Source: the human T2T-CHM13v2.0 reference genome, Homo sapiens
Strand: one strand, 5' to 3'
Length of the DNA stretch: 64,000 nt
Assembly (NCBI RefSeq): GCF_009914755.1
Contig: NC_060926.1
The position numbers and the translations under genes were made by a program. The notes below the pieces were generated by a model. The model worked only from the letters and a program-made list of their open reading frames with translations. It was not told where the DNA came from and made no database searches. This document shows positions 41,815-60,496 of the stretch, one piece after another (position 1 is the first letter of the stretch; the number at the start of each line of letters is the position of its first letter).

Positions 41815-42212
41815 GAAGTAGAGATGGAGTGTGGTGGCCTCAGACCTCCCTCCAAAAGAACCAGCTGCAGGGGGCACAGCTTCCCGCACAGACCTGCCAC
41901 AGAGTCACACTGTCCCTGGCGCTCCCACCCCATGCCTGAGCATGCAGTGGGTGCCATTTCTGCCTGATGCGGGATTCCGCTCACAGGCTGTCTTCTCTTG
42001 GGGTTGCCCCATTGTCTGAAGCTTCTCCTACCCAGTCCTCCTTCCCTCCCTCTCTGCTTCCACAGGTGTCAGATCTACATCGCAGGCAGCTGGCTCTTTG
42101 GCCTACTGAGGTTCATGTCCCTCTGTCCTTCCCAGAGGCTTCCTCCATTTCGTCCCTGGCACATCTAGTCCCATCTTGGCATCTGCTTCTTGAGGGGCCT
42201 GAGCCGACTGAG
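41815..42212 (+). mobile_element. ERVL LTR16-like LTR
   Basis: CACAGGTGTCAGATCTACATCG...CCCATCTTGGCATCTGCTTCT LTR16-type 3' end. Confidence 0.55.
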
Positions 42213-42272
42213 AGAGAGAGAGAGATGGGCATCTGACAAGTCAGAGAGAGAGAGATGGGCATCTGACAAGTC
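42213..42272. repeat. Perfect 30-bp tandem duplication
   Basis: AGAGAGAGAGAGATGGGCATCTGACAAGTC twice. Confidence 0.95.
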
Positions 42273-42600
42273 GTGAAGGGCAAACCGCTCCTTTAGACTT
42301 CACTATCACTCTAGCATCACACCTGGGATTGCAACGATTAATCACTCCTCGCAAAGCTGTGGATTCCTCGTCTGTAAAGTGAGAGAGATGGGCTACATAA
42401 TCTCCAGGTCCTTTCGGTTCTATGTTGCCACAAACTGAATTTGTTAAGATTTCAAATTTGAGGATGTGGTCTCTACTGCCAAAGAGAAGGGATTTTCTTT
42501 GACCCTATTAACCAATAAATGTAATGAATCTTTCTTATGGACAGTGCAGTGATTAATCCCAGGGTGTGGTGATGTACCAGGCACAGGTACGCCAGTGGAG

Positions 42601-42916
42601 GGCCACTCTCCAGAGCTGCCCACTGTCCTGTGTTTTGCACCCATTCTTTGCATGCTTCCTGGAGAACTTCTGCTCAGCTTTCAGGGCTTTCATTTGTTCT
42701 TTCTTTTTTTAAAATAAATTTTTAAAAATTTGAGACGGGGGTCTCACTTTGTTGCCCAAGCTGGTCTCCAACTCCTAGGCTTAAGTGATCCTCCTGCCTC
42801 GGCCTCCCAAAGTGCTGAGATTCAAGGAGTGATCCACTGTGCCTGACCCAGACTTTTGTTCTTGATATAACTAGACAAATTTAGAATTTCACATTTTTTG
42901 TTTTTATATATAATGG
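42601..42916 (-). repeat. Inverted duplication 2, right arm
   Basis: Reverse complement of 41402-41717. Confidence 0.95.
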
Positions 42917-43079
42917 ACAAGGGAGGAAGGCTACTAAGAACTGGGAGTACAGGAAGGAGACCAGTGTCCTTGGGTTCCTGCTTGGAAACAGAGATGGTGC
43001 AGAGATTATAACCTGAGCTTACTTGCATTGACTTCTTTTTTAAAAACTACAAAGGTTTTACAGGCTTTTTAAAAAGTCA

Positions 43080-43395
<316 letters not shown>

Positions 43396-43679
43396 TATAT
43401 TTTTTAATAAAAAAGCCAATTAATATATAACTGTATAAACTGCTTAAGGGTGTTCATTGCTCACAGTATGATGTTTCTTTCCAAAACTTCCTGTTTTACA
43501 CAAACCCATATATCTCCACTTATACACATTTTTTCTTTTGAACTTTAAAAATTATAAAAGAAAAATATGTTTATTGTAAAAAAATAAATAAATAATGTTT
43601 TTTAGAAGATCCTGAAGCTTACGGAGGAAAAGGGTAAGTTTCACTTGAACTGTCTCCCATTCAACTCCAGAGAGGTAAC

Positions 43680-44575
43680 ACATACATAGGAATACACAAC
43701 CACCTCCAAGAAACATCTCCTACTCCAAACACACAGCTCAAATTCAACAAGTCCAAAATACGACTCCTGACTCTCCTCACCCTATGCCCACTTGCCAAAG
43801 CCATTCCTTGAGGCCCCTGTGCTTCCCGCTCACTAAAGGGTTCCAATATTCATTTCATTGCTCAGGCTAAAATCTAAGGGTCAGCTCTGATCCCTTTCTT
43901 CCCCTCACATCCCACGTCCAATGCATCAGTAAGTCCTGTCTACTGGAATATGTTATATACCCCAGATGCCATCATTTCTCCCCATGCCCTTACACCGTGG
44001 CCCTGGTGTAAGGCCCATCTGCTCTCACCTAGATCACCGCATCCACTTCTGGACTGATCTTCATGCCTCCAGGAGAACCAGAGGGACTGTTTTAAAACAC
44101 AAAATGAAATTGAGCTTTGGCCTACTGCACTGCCTTTCCATTACACTTGGAATAGAACTCGGCCCCTTTGGTCCTACAAAATCTGGCATCTGCCCCACTT
44201 TCAATCGCCTTCCTTTCATTGCCTATGCCCCACAAGCCTTGCCAATCCATGTGAGCTCCTTCCACTCAGGGACCTCCAATTTCCTGTCCCCTCTGTCTGG
44301 GACGCTCTTTTCTACCATCTGCACACACTGCCCCTTCTCAAATATTCCTTCCTACACAACCTCAAATAGCCACCCTACCCCAACTCCACTGCCTAGTTTT
44401 CTTCAAGGCACCTGCAATCTTCTGCAAGTATTTAATTATTTACTTTTTCAGTTTCTCTCTCATTACAGTCCACCACCCATGAAGGGCAAGGACTTGGTCT
44501 TAGCATGGTACCCCCAATTTCTAAAGCAGTGCTTGGTACATAGTAAGTGCCCTAATAATAATTATTGAAAGAATA
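43680..44575 (+). mobile_element. L2 fragment
   Basis: CTCAAATTCAACAAGTCCAAAA...GTGCTTGGTACATAGTAAGTGCCTAATAA. Confidence 0.7.
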
Positions 44576-44592
44576 AAAACACACTTACATAA

Positions 44593-44898
<306 letters not shown>

Positions 44899-45425
44899 TA
44901 TAACCAAGATTTTTAAAATAATGACTTCAATTCTCCTTTTAACTTGCTCTTTTCACTTTAAAAATATTACACAAACGCCATTCTATGTTAGTACATATAA
45001 ACACACCTCACAGCACAAGATATCATAGTATATCTGTATTATAATTATTGAACTATTTACTTACTGATAGACATTCAGATCATTACCAGCTTTTTTGGTA
45101 TTACAAAGAGGGCTTTAATGAACTTTCCTTTATATATATTTTTGTACCCTGGTATAAATGTTTCACACACTAAGTTCCAAGAAGTGGAATTGCTGGCTTA
45201 CAGTTTTACTGCCCTTTAGGGAGATAACCGTGGACTAGGAGAATGAGCATGGCTCCATTTGAGAATATTTGAGTTTGTATCTCATCCTTTCCATGTACTT
45301 GCTCTGTGAGATCTGCAGTCTCTGAGATTCAGCAAAAGTCCCCCTACTGTCTATATATCCATGTGAGATCATGGGTATGTTAAGTAGCTTGTAGAACATG
45401 AAGTTCTGTAGAAAAGGAAAAATTG

Positions 45426-46461
<1,036 letters not shown>

Positions 46462-49028
46462 AGACAGATTATTCCACCCTTCTATGACTCAGATTTTTCA
46501 TCTGTATCTAAGATGGGTTTAATAATAGATCCATTCCATACAGTTGTTGTGAGGACTACATAAATTAACATGGGTAAAAATACTTAGAATACTGAGTAGC
46601 ACAAGATAAATACTATACCAGTACTATCATTATTGTTATGATGCTGTTGTGATTCATTTGGGTGCATAAAGCATTACTTCATGAAGGACAGAGCTAACTA
46701 AATACTTCTTGATACTTTTTTTTTTTGCTTATAAAAAAGGTCCTCATGTCTTCAGAAATTGTAAAAAGTTCTCCAACCATTTCCTTCCCTTTACCTAAGT
46801 TTTCTTACCCTTTGTCTTCCTTTTCAGCTTGTTCACATAAAATACTACACATATGTCTATTCTATATTCAAGATATGTCACTCAAACTGGATCAAAAAAA
46901 AAGAAAACCCTAATACTTCTCAATGTTTTCTAGGAAATAAACACAATGATATAGCACTGCTCTGAGAAAATGTAAAAAAAAGAATAGAAAAGAAACAAGG
47001 CTGCCAGTGTACTATACTGCCATGTAGCGTCGCCAAAAGCCACTGCTTGTTATTCGTTATCTGTGGTGTGTTCATCTTGAAATTCAGATAGCCAGTCCAC
47101 AAAAGACAAAACTCAGCCCTGCCTGAAGTCTTTCTGCAGAATTCTAACTGACCTAAGCTGTACTAGTGAAACAGAGTTGTTACAGTGGACATAGTTAACC
47201 CTATTTTCCTGGTACACGTTAGGTGACACGAGGCTTCCCAGGAACACAGTGGAACACAATGGCACCGGAGAAGGAGAAGGCTATTTAAAATTACATAAAC
47301 AAACATTGATCTGTGATTCCATCCATCGTGTGGTTATTATCTTTGTATCTTTGAAATTCTGTATCTCTTTCTCTCTCTTCCCAAGAAACCATCCATTTGC
47401 TCATTCTCCAAAGTCCACTGGAGCCAGGGAACACACCCACAGAGATAAAAAATATGCTAGCCACGAGCCACTTCTCAGCTTACTGATATGATTACAACCT
47501 TCATCAAAACAAAGAGCTTCCTATGAACTCCAAAGGATAAAATCTTTTCAGATCAAAGCTTATTTAGATGGTACCAGTTAAAATGCAGAATTACAGTAAG
47601 GATGTAAAGGTATCTTGATAGAACTCCTAATTCACTCAGTCTTGTCACCAATATATCTTTAACAGACTCATTAAATTGACATTCAATAAAGATTTGCATA
47701 CAGCATTCAATTTTCCAATAGTGAGCTTCTGATCCTGAAAACCCAGGTTTTGGAAAACTTGAAATTGAGGCTCTCAAGACTTTAACATCTTTGGGTTAAA
47801 AAAAATTACTTGTAATGAAACTTTAAAAGGAATCAGTTAGTCTAGCTAAATTTCTTCGACTGGCACTTACGGCCTGTCTACTATCTGTTCTCAGCCTGGG
47901 CTTTCAACATTGTCTGTGGCTACTGTCCTATACAGATACTACTCTGTTAAACAGAGCTCCTCAGTCTTCCCATCTTCCCCAAGCACACTGACAGTTCCTG
48001 TCTCAGAGCCTTTGCTCAAGGGCAAGTTAATCACTGAGAAACTTTTATAACAGATGCTGCAAGTTTTCCCTGCAAGCTGCATCATAATAATACAGCTCTA
48101 TCTGCCCAGAGTAGAGCCATGCTTCGTTTGGGAAATGCCATTTCCCCAACTCCAGCCCTATGGTACTAGGGAGGTATGGGGGCTGCCAATGAGAAGACCC
48201 CATATGCCTAACCTTGGCAATTAGTCCCTGACCCAGCCAAGCCAAACAGAATCCTTCTCTGGGACTCTCTCGACTTGAGCTTACAGGGATAAGACTTTCC
48301 AGTCAGGAACCCACAAGGACGTAAACATGGAGTACAAGGGGTCAACCTACAAAGAGCAAGAGAAGTAGAGACAGAGCCAGCCAGTCTTTGCTGCTTATAA
48401 GTTTCCCAAGGCCAGATCCAACCACCCTTCCTGTTCTTCAGTGATAGGGGCCAATAAATTTCCTTCTTATGTTTCAGCTCCTTCAAGCTGGATTTCTGCT
48501 ACTTACAATCTCCTACTGCTGACTGATACCGGTAGTTCTGCAGAAGATGCAAATTCTTCACATGATCATTTTTTGTATCAATTCTCTGTAACAGCCGAGG
48601 ACAAACTGAAATTAAAAATGCTTGTGGCAATAACATTTATCTTTACCAGTTTTCTAATTGCTAATGTTAAACATATCCATTGTAAAATACGTTTATGAAA
48701 ACCAGGACAGTGTAGAAAGGGAATATTTCAGATGTCTGTACATATATAAATACATATGATCTTATTTTACAAAAATTGGATCAGACCTTGTATAGAATTC
48801 TACATAGCTTGCATTTCCCAATTAATAACATCTTTTGGACATCATAATATATTAGTTCATATAATCTGCTTGGTGCTTGGTGGGTTTTTTGTTTCTGTTT
48901 TTAGGCATTAAAATTTTTTTGTGTGTTTTTCTCTTCCAATAACTTGGTGGTGTCTTAAATGTCTATATTTAAAGTGCGTCCTCCTAAATGACTATCATTG
49001 GTAATGGTGGTCAGTAGGATTGTGTACA

Positions 49029-49365
49029 CAGTAATCCCCCCCATTCATGGGGGATACATTACAAGACCCCAAGTGGATGCCTGAAACCATGGATAGTACT
49101 GAACCCTATATACACCATGTGTCTTCCTGTACAGTAATGGGCAGGTAGTGTGTACAGCTTGGACAAAGGATGATTCATGCCCCATGCAGGATAGGGCAGG
49201 ACGGAGCCGGATTAGACCACACTACTCAGAACAGCACGCAGTTTAAAACTTATAAATCATACATCCATGTTTTGTGTTGGGGAAAAACCTTACAAATTGT
49301 TTATTTCTGGAATTTTCCATTTAATATTCTTGGAATGCGAAACTGAAGGTCAGGGGAAACTACTG
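49029..49365 (-). mobile_element. MER44 (Tigger) relic
   Basis: CAGTAATCCCCCC ... GGGGAAACTACTG TIRs. Confidence 0.75.
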
Positions 49366-50274
49366 TAATCTCATTGACAGGATTCTCGTTTAGAGCCCAG
49401 AGACCTTTCTATTGACCTTTTGTGTGCAGATAGCTGTGGAAAGAAGTCGAATGACTACTTTTTCATTTCCACGACATAAATCAGGTCAGACTTTTGGCAA
49501 TATTTCAAGTATTCTCTCCATTCGGGGTTGAACCACAAAAGAGAGCTATCACACATCGGCCTGGCAGTCTGTGAGGTGACCTTAACACTCTGTCATGTAG
49601 ATGGTACACAGAAAACAGCAAAAGCTGCTCACCTTGAACTCAGCTTCATAATCAAGAATCACGGATATCACAATAAGAACCAACACAGCAGCATCTTTTA
49701 TTGAGCACATAATAGGTGCCACGGACATTGCCTATGCACTTAAAGTCAGCGGCATTATTTAATGCTCACAAATACCTAAGTTATGACAATTTTTGGTAAT
49801 TATGCGAAGCGCTCCCCATGGCCAGACAGTGTGTCTGTCAGTGCTGGGGTCTGACCTTGGGCTCACTAACTCTAAAGCTTGAGTTTCTCACCACCATTTT
49901 ATTCTGCTAAGTGGCCCCACCTAATTTGGGACATTTATCACTCCTTATCCCAAGGCTCAGATTTTGAAATGCCAAGTGTTTATTGTCAGAAAAGTTTGTG
50001 AGCATTTTACTATAGTTCTTGTTTTTAACATAACGTAAGGGAAATATTAGAATATCCTCTTGGTAGGTTCGACCTGATGCAGGTAAGAGCTATGGGGTGG
50101 TGAACTAAGGCTCTGCTCCCTGACCACTTGAACATTATCTTGAGTCGGGTTTCTGGAAATAAGGTACATTAGAAAGAATACAGTTATGTGTATTAACAAA
50201 ATTAAAACGAATTACATGCAGCACCAAGTAATTAATAAGAAAATATAAAATATGACTTTAGGAAAATAGGTGAT

Positions 50275-52693
<2,419 letters not shown>

Positions 52694-52737
52694 AGGTGAG
52701 TACTACGCTGCCAGAGCCAAGAGAATAAAAAGTTTGA

Positions 52738-53069
<332 letters not shown>

Positions 53070-53241
53070 TCAAATACCGTATAGAATTTGTGCAGGCTAA
53101 AATGATTGGCTAAGTTTTATGATCAGTGTCCTTTATGATAGCTTTTAGTAAATTGGCAGGGCCACACACAGAATAAGATATTGATATTTTTTATTTTAAC
53201 TACTTAACTTGTGATTATAGTTACATATATTTATTTCTCCC

Positions 53242-53598
53242 TGATATGGACTGATTGTTCATTTCCTCATAAAATGTATAGGTTGAAGCCTAATCCCCAA
53301 TGTGATGGTACTAGCAGGTAGTGCTTTGGGGAGGTAATCAGGTCATGAGGGTGGAGCCTTCACAAATGGGATGAGTGCCCTTATAAGAAGACATAAGAGC
53401 AAAATGATCTCTCCATCAGCTATGTGAAGATACAGCAAGAAGGCAACTGTCTATAAGCCAGGAAGCAGGCCCCCACCTGATGCCAGATCTGCCAGTGTCT
53501 GGATCTTGGACTTCCCAGCCTCCAAAATTATGATAAATAGTTATTTAAGCCACCAGTATACAGCATTTTTGTTATAGCAGCCCAAAATGACTAAGACA
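53242..53598 (+). mobile_element. MaLR LTR (MSTD/MLT1A-like)
   Basis: TGATATGGACTGA...GTTATAGCAGCCCAAAATGACTAAGACA. Confidence 0.8.
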
Positions 53599-53663
53599 CT
53601 TCCTAAAGGAGCTATTCTATTTACATTACCCAGAGCTCTCATAAGCTCAGGTTAAAGTAAACA

Positions 53664-53708
53664 ACACACACACACACACACTCACTCACACACACACACA
53701 CACACACA
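53664..53708. repeat. Interrupted (CA)n microsatellite
   Basis: Seen directly. Confidence 0.95.
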
Positions 53709-55157
53709 ATGCAACCTCAGCCTTATGACAGCTGTACTCCACACAATGTTCAGGATCCAGGTTCCTCCCAGCTCATTGCTCCATTGTCCCTAGATGGCAT
53801 CCTGGTCCCTGTGGTATAGACATCATTCATGATCCAGGCAGCAAGATGGAGGGGAAACAATGAATATGATCTCAATATAAAGCAAGGGGCAAGATAGAGG
53901 GAAGTTATTAAAAGGTTATTAGAACCCACCAGTAAGAGGTTACTGGAGTCTAAACTGGAGTGTTGGATATGAGGGCAGGTCACTTGTATGCAGGGCCCAG
54001 ACAAGACAGAGATGATAAACACTTGCAGCCATTGAAGCAGGCAAGGTATTGTGGTCCATGAACAGACACAAGGGAAGTGATGGTCCTAGGCCTAAGGAAT
54101 GTTTGTTTTTGTCTCTGCGTTGAGAGGAGATATGGGATCCATTTAGGACAGAATGAGCTTCAGGATGCAGAGTGTTCTCCTGGAATAGGTGTCCATCAGG
54201 TGTTGAGAATTATCAGGAGAGACTACCTTTTATCCAAACCTGGAGAAAATAGGTGACAGAGGAAGATATGCTGAAACAGAGAAAATGTAAGGCAGTTCAT
54301 TTCCACTGGTCTTAATCTGACTCTAAATATGAAGCAAGACTCTCCGCAGAGAGTAAGACAGGTGGGTGGAGGCCCAAATGTTCCAGGGCTTGAGGAGCAA
54401 AGAGAAAATTTACTAGGCTGTGGGAAGTACACAGAAGCAATGAGAGACTCACAGCTGATTTCACCCACTTGAAGGGTGGTCTCACCTCTAAAGGAGCAGC
54501 TCCAAAAGCAAGAGAAAGAAAATAGGAGCAAAGGAGAGGTCCATGGAAGCACCATTAGAAGGTCACTCTGGCCAGGAACAGTGGCTCATGCCTGTAATCC
54601 CAGCACTTTGGGAGGCTGAGGAGAGAGGATTACTTGAGCCCAGGAGTTCGAGACCAGCGCTGGCAACATAGCAAGATCTCATCTCTACTAATAAATAAAA
54701 AGAAGGGCATTCTGAAAGCCTGACTCAGGGTTTGTAGTTACTAAATAGAGTCATCTACTGAGGACACAGCAGACAATTTCAGACAGAAAGTATAGTCAGT
54801 AACCCGAATAAAGCAGCAGGGTATGTTGGTGTACACTGGTATACTCCTGTTTTTTATTTTATTTACTCAAAGAATGTCAGTGTCAGCACACGTCAAATGT
54901 CAAAGGAGTTTTTATCCCAGAAACACAAAGCTAGTTTAATATTGGAGATGGGCTAATGTAATACATATAAAAAAACAGAATAAAGGGAAAAAAATGGTCA
55001 TCTCAATGGACACTAAAAGATATTTAATAAAACTGCATGCCCATTCTTTAGAAAAAGGAACATTACAAACTAGTAATAACTTTTATGAATTTGTCTGATA
55101 GAAATATTCACAGATATACTCAAAGATATATGAGCAAGGATTTAAAAAGAAATAAAA

Positions 55158-55512
<355 letters not shown>

Positions 55513-55650
55513 TCATTTGCAGATAAAAACATTTTTCCATCCAGAAAATCCAGGAAAATAAACTACAAAATCATCATATTTCCTACAAAACAAATAACTG
55601 GTTAGAGATGTAATATATAATACGGGAAGTTCCCATTCACAGTAGCTACC

Positions 55651-56063
55651 TGTATTAGTTTGCTAGGGCTGCCACCACAAAACACCACAGATTGGGTGGC
55701 TTAAACAGAAATGTGTTTTCTCACAATTCTGGAGGCTGGAAGTCTAAGATCAAGGTGTTGGCTTTCTTGTGAGTTTGGTTTCTTCTGAGGCCCTTTTCCT
55801 TGCCTTGCAGATGGTATCTTCTCACTACATCCTCAAAAGGTCTTTTCTCTGTGTGCAGGCATCCCTGGTTTCTCCATGTGGCCTAATCTCCTCTTCTCAT
55901 AAAGACACCAGTCAGATTGGATTAGGGCCCACCCTAATGACCTCATTTTAACTTAATCACCTTTTAAAGTTTCTACCTCCAAATACAGTCACATTTTGAG
56001 GTACTGGGGATTAGGATTCAACGCATGAATTTCGATGGGGGGAAACACAATTTAGCCCGTAGC
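55651..56063 (-). mobile_element. MaLR LTR (MLT1A-like) within L1M remnants
   Basis: TGTATTAGTTTGCTAGGGCTGCC reverse MLT1A terminus. Confidence 0.8.
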
Positions 56064-56996
56064 ATTCCCAGAATATATACAATACCTAAATACAATCCTA
56101 AAATGTTATGTAAAAAACATACAGGAAGGCAGCTACACCATAAAATTTTACTGAAAGACATAAATGAACATTTGGATAAATGGAAAAAAATGTACCATGT
56201 TCTTGGTGGGAAAGTCTTAGTATTATAAAGTTTCAATAAAGTATCAACTTATTCCAATTACCTTACTGGTATAACACAATTCTAACCAAAAGCCCAGCAA
56301 GATTTTCTTCAAACTTCTCACCCTTTCTTTTTCATTTCTCTTCCATATTTCTCATATCACCTTTAATTGTACACTTTATTTCTGAGTGTCCCACCATCAG
56401 CTCAGACTCAGCCTCTTTCACCCCAAATCAACCTTCTCAACCACACTATATCTGGCAATGGGAAACCATCACACTATCAGTCACCCAGGATAAAACCTCT
56501 GACTTTAAAAATTCTGTCCTTAACCCAGGTAGAAAGTCAGTCCTGTGTAGCCCTTCCTGTTAAAGTTAAAACTGCAAACCTTAGCTCCATTCCTGCCTGC
56601 CTTCCTTACCTCTGCACATCATCATCATCTAGATTAATCTTTCTAAAATATGATTTTTATTGTTATTTTTCAAGTTCACAAATACTGTAGTCGATAACTC
56701 TACTGGGTGACCTTGGACAAGTTAGTTAATCACTGTACCTCAGTTTTGTCATCTATTAAATGGGGATAACAGTACTTACCTCACAGAGTTGTTATGAAAA
56801 TTAAAAGTTAATAATTTTAAGGCACTTACAACAGGAAGAATTTTATATATATTGTTATATAAATAAACATTGTCCCCACTGTTTTATCTGGTACTTAAAG
56901 TGTTCATTTCTGTGGGTTTAAGCATTGTACTCTCTTTTCAAATGATTATATTCAGAAATACTTGAATGTTTTATCCATGTACACAGGTGTCGATTA

Positions 56997-57519
<523 letters not shown>

Positions 57520-57708
57520 CTATGTATAATACATTCAATTTGGGAAGAATAGGATACATATGAAGCTGTTAGAAGACAGAAGTCTCTTATCAAATGAGGC
57601 AGTATGATCTTCCTACAATAAACGTGTAACTTTTATATTAAATATTGTTAATTGAAAATAAAGAAATAGAAAGGAAAATAAACTAAAATACTGTATGTTT
57701 AAAACTTC

Positions 57709-58025
<317 letters not shown>

Positions 58026-59139
58026 TCACTTATTAAAAGATAACTAGTCCTTTTGCCTTTGATGCTCAGGTAAACTTCAGACGAACTAAATGAAAATACT
58101 TGTGGATTTGGGGATGAGCGGGAGTCAAGTGCTAGAATTTGCTTAGCAGCTTCTCTTCCACCAATAATGACTTTAAACATGTTGCAAACTAGCCCCAAAT
58201 GCTAACCTACATTTTTAATCTGAGAGGTATGCGTCATCAAATATTTTGGTTTTATCCCGAAAGTCAGCTAACAGAGATGTAAGTACCTGGGCAACTCTAA
58301 TGGAATGAGAAGCAACATCTTCCATCTTAAGCATTGATAAGGGTTAAGGGAACAGCTGCTCTTTGCAATGAACAAATCTCACTCTCTGAGGCAGAAATTC
58401 GCCATATAGAAGACTGAATTTCTTCATCTTTTTGAGAATCATTTCCACTACCCAGAAAAAACATTCAAATGAGTTGTAAATAAAGTCAAGCGCAGTTGAA
58501 AAATCCTGTATCCACAGATGTTTCTTAGGAGTGCCTATGCGCTTAGACTCGAGGGCTAGGGGTTTGAAAGCAAAAGGCAGCCCTCTACCAGGGGTGGTCG
58601 GGGAAACGGCCTCCAAGAAACGAATTACACGGTGCACTTTAGTTACCTAGGCAGCTGTTTGTCTAGGAAACAGCTTATTGTTTTCATTTGTCATCACCGC
58701 GGCTCACTAGGTATCAGGAAGCTCGGCTCCAGCCGCTACCTGGTGACGCTAATGACGTGCGATGTCTCGCAGCTGCCGCAATTAGACAGGCCAAGCCTTC
58801 GCCTTTAAGAAGCTGACTCACGTGGATGCTGTGTTGTGTGCGCTCAGCTGAAAGGGGGAGGTGGGTCCCCAGACTGACTACATTGGCCGCCTCGAGAGAA
58901 GGGGCAGAGTTAGCCTCTTTGATTGGCTGTACGAGTCCGAGGTGCTGGGTCAGGGGCGGGGCGAGCTGTCGCAAGCCTGCCCTGGGTCTGCGGCTTCTGA
59001 GAGGGGTGGGCCGCGAAGCGGAGGGGTGCGGGAGTGGGGGAGGGTAAGCCAGAGAAGGGGCGGGGCCCCGCGAAAAAGGCAGGAGGCCGAGGACAGGGGC
59101 GGGGCCTAGAAATAAAGGGCGTTCTGGGCCAACCGGGAG

Positions 59140-59314
59140 AGCTGACTGCGGGGGGGCGGAGCCACGCCGGGTGACTGACGTTGAGGCCCAACCAGGGAGA
59201 GGCGGGGCCAAGGCCAGGGCCTGACTAAACCTGGAGACTCGGGTGGCCGAGGGGCTTCATACCAGCTGAAGAGCGACAAGCCGCTGGCAGCCGCGGATCT
59301 CACCGCCGCTCAGG
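59140..59314 (+). other. YPEL5: Non-coding exon 1 (5'UTR); start approximate
   Basis: Strong donor CAGG|GTGAGT at 59314/59315; matches my recollection of the YPEL5 mRNA 5' end. Confidence 0.7.
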
Positions 59315-60164
59315 GTGAGTCCCGCGGGAGGGGCTGGACTCGGGGCCGGTGGGGACTGAGGCGCCCGTTCGGGTCGGGCGGCTTCGAGGCACTCGGGAAT
59401 CGGCCCAGGGTGGGGGGCCCAGGCAGGAAGTGCCTCTTCCTCGCCGCGCTCTTCCCGGGGTCCCAGAGCGGCCGCCCCAGATCCTTCAGGGTGGGCCCCG
59501 GCGCTGGGACCGCGGGCGGACGCGCGGGGCTGTTTGCTCTTTGTGAGGCCTGGCGCGGCGGCCGCCGTCGGCCCGCCCCCGCCGCGCAGCCGGGCGACCG
59601 GTGCGACAACAGCCGCAACCCCTCCGCGCGGCGCCCGCGCCTCCGCCCCGTTTCCCCGTCGCGTCCTCCGAGGCCCGCCGCCGAGGCCCACGGCGCCCCC
59701 TGGGCGGACGGTCTGGCCGCGACCCCCAACCCGCCGCGCCGCGCCGCGGCTGCCCCGCCCCCACCCGTCGCATAGTCGGGGGCGCGCCCGGTCTCCGCCC
59801 CGAATCCAAGTCGGAACTTGACCGAGTTGTTTGGGCCGCGATGACCGCACGGCGTGAACCGTCCTGAGCAGGGCCCACGCCCGGCCCAAGCGGCCCAGCC
59901 ACCGGGCTGGGGCGGTGTCTCCCTTTGCCCCCTCCCCCCCATGAACGTCCGCCTCCCCCGCCCTCCTGCCCAGAGGACCCGGGACTGACAGCGCAGGGTG
60001 ACGGTTGGGCAGCCCGCCGGGTGTCGGGACCAAGAGAGCCCCCCGGCCACCCGCTCAGCTGTTTCCTGCTCGTGTTTGTTGTGCCGAGGGAGGCCCCGCC
60101 GCCACCGCCGCCGCCGCGCTCTGCCGCCCCGGTCCCTCCCGATTGGCCGGCTGGCGTCACGTGG

Positions 60165-60217
60165 CCTCCATCAGCTGGGCCGGCGGGGGCGCTCGCGGGC
60201 CCCACTGCGGCTGCCGG
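60165..60217 (+). other. YPEL5: Candidate alternative first exon; start approximate
   Basis: Donor CGG|GTGAGC at 60217/60218, just downstream of a CCAAT and E-box pair. Confidence 0.35.
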
Positions 60218-60496
60218 GTGAGCCCACCCGGGGGTCGCCCGGGCCGGCCCAGCTCCGCCAGCTTCGGGCTGCGGCCTTCCCTCCGCTTGCAGTCGGGAGG
60301 GTGGGCGTGCCCTTGCAACCCCTTTCCTGTACCTTCTCTGCAGGTAGATGGGACAAATGAGTGTCCGGATCAGCGGGAGTGGGAAATTGAAATACTACAA
60401 AGATCTGTTTAATCCTGATACCAACTAATCTCCCTTTCAAGGGAGAGTCTGGGAAGCTGTACAGCTCATTTATTTTTAAACTTTTTCTGTTTACAG

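Larger units (their letters stand above)
58720..60310 (+). promoter_or_regulatory. YPEL5: CpG-island promoter, probably of YPEL5
   Basis: Very high GC and CpG; several GC boxes (GGGGCGGG), ATTGG boxes (~58882, 58922, 60142), TGACG half-CREs, AP-1 TGACTCA at 58814, E-boxes at 58819 and 60158; gene name from recall of the mRNA. Confidence 0.85.

Noticed and set aside
43966-44568. 200-aa ORF
   Set aside because: Falls within a decayed L2; no coding hallmarks.
58714-60440. Long overlapping Arg/Pro/Gly/Ala ORFs (up to 258 aa)
   Set aside because: Expected stop-codon scarcity in a CpG island; open in many frames on both strands; no protein resemblance.
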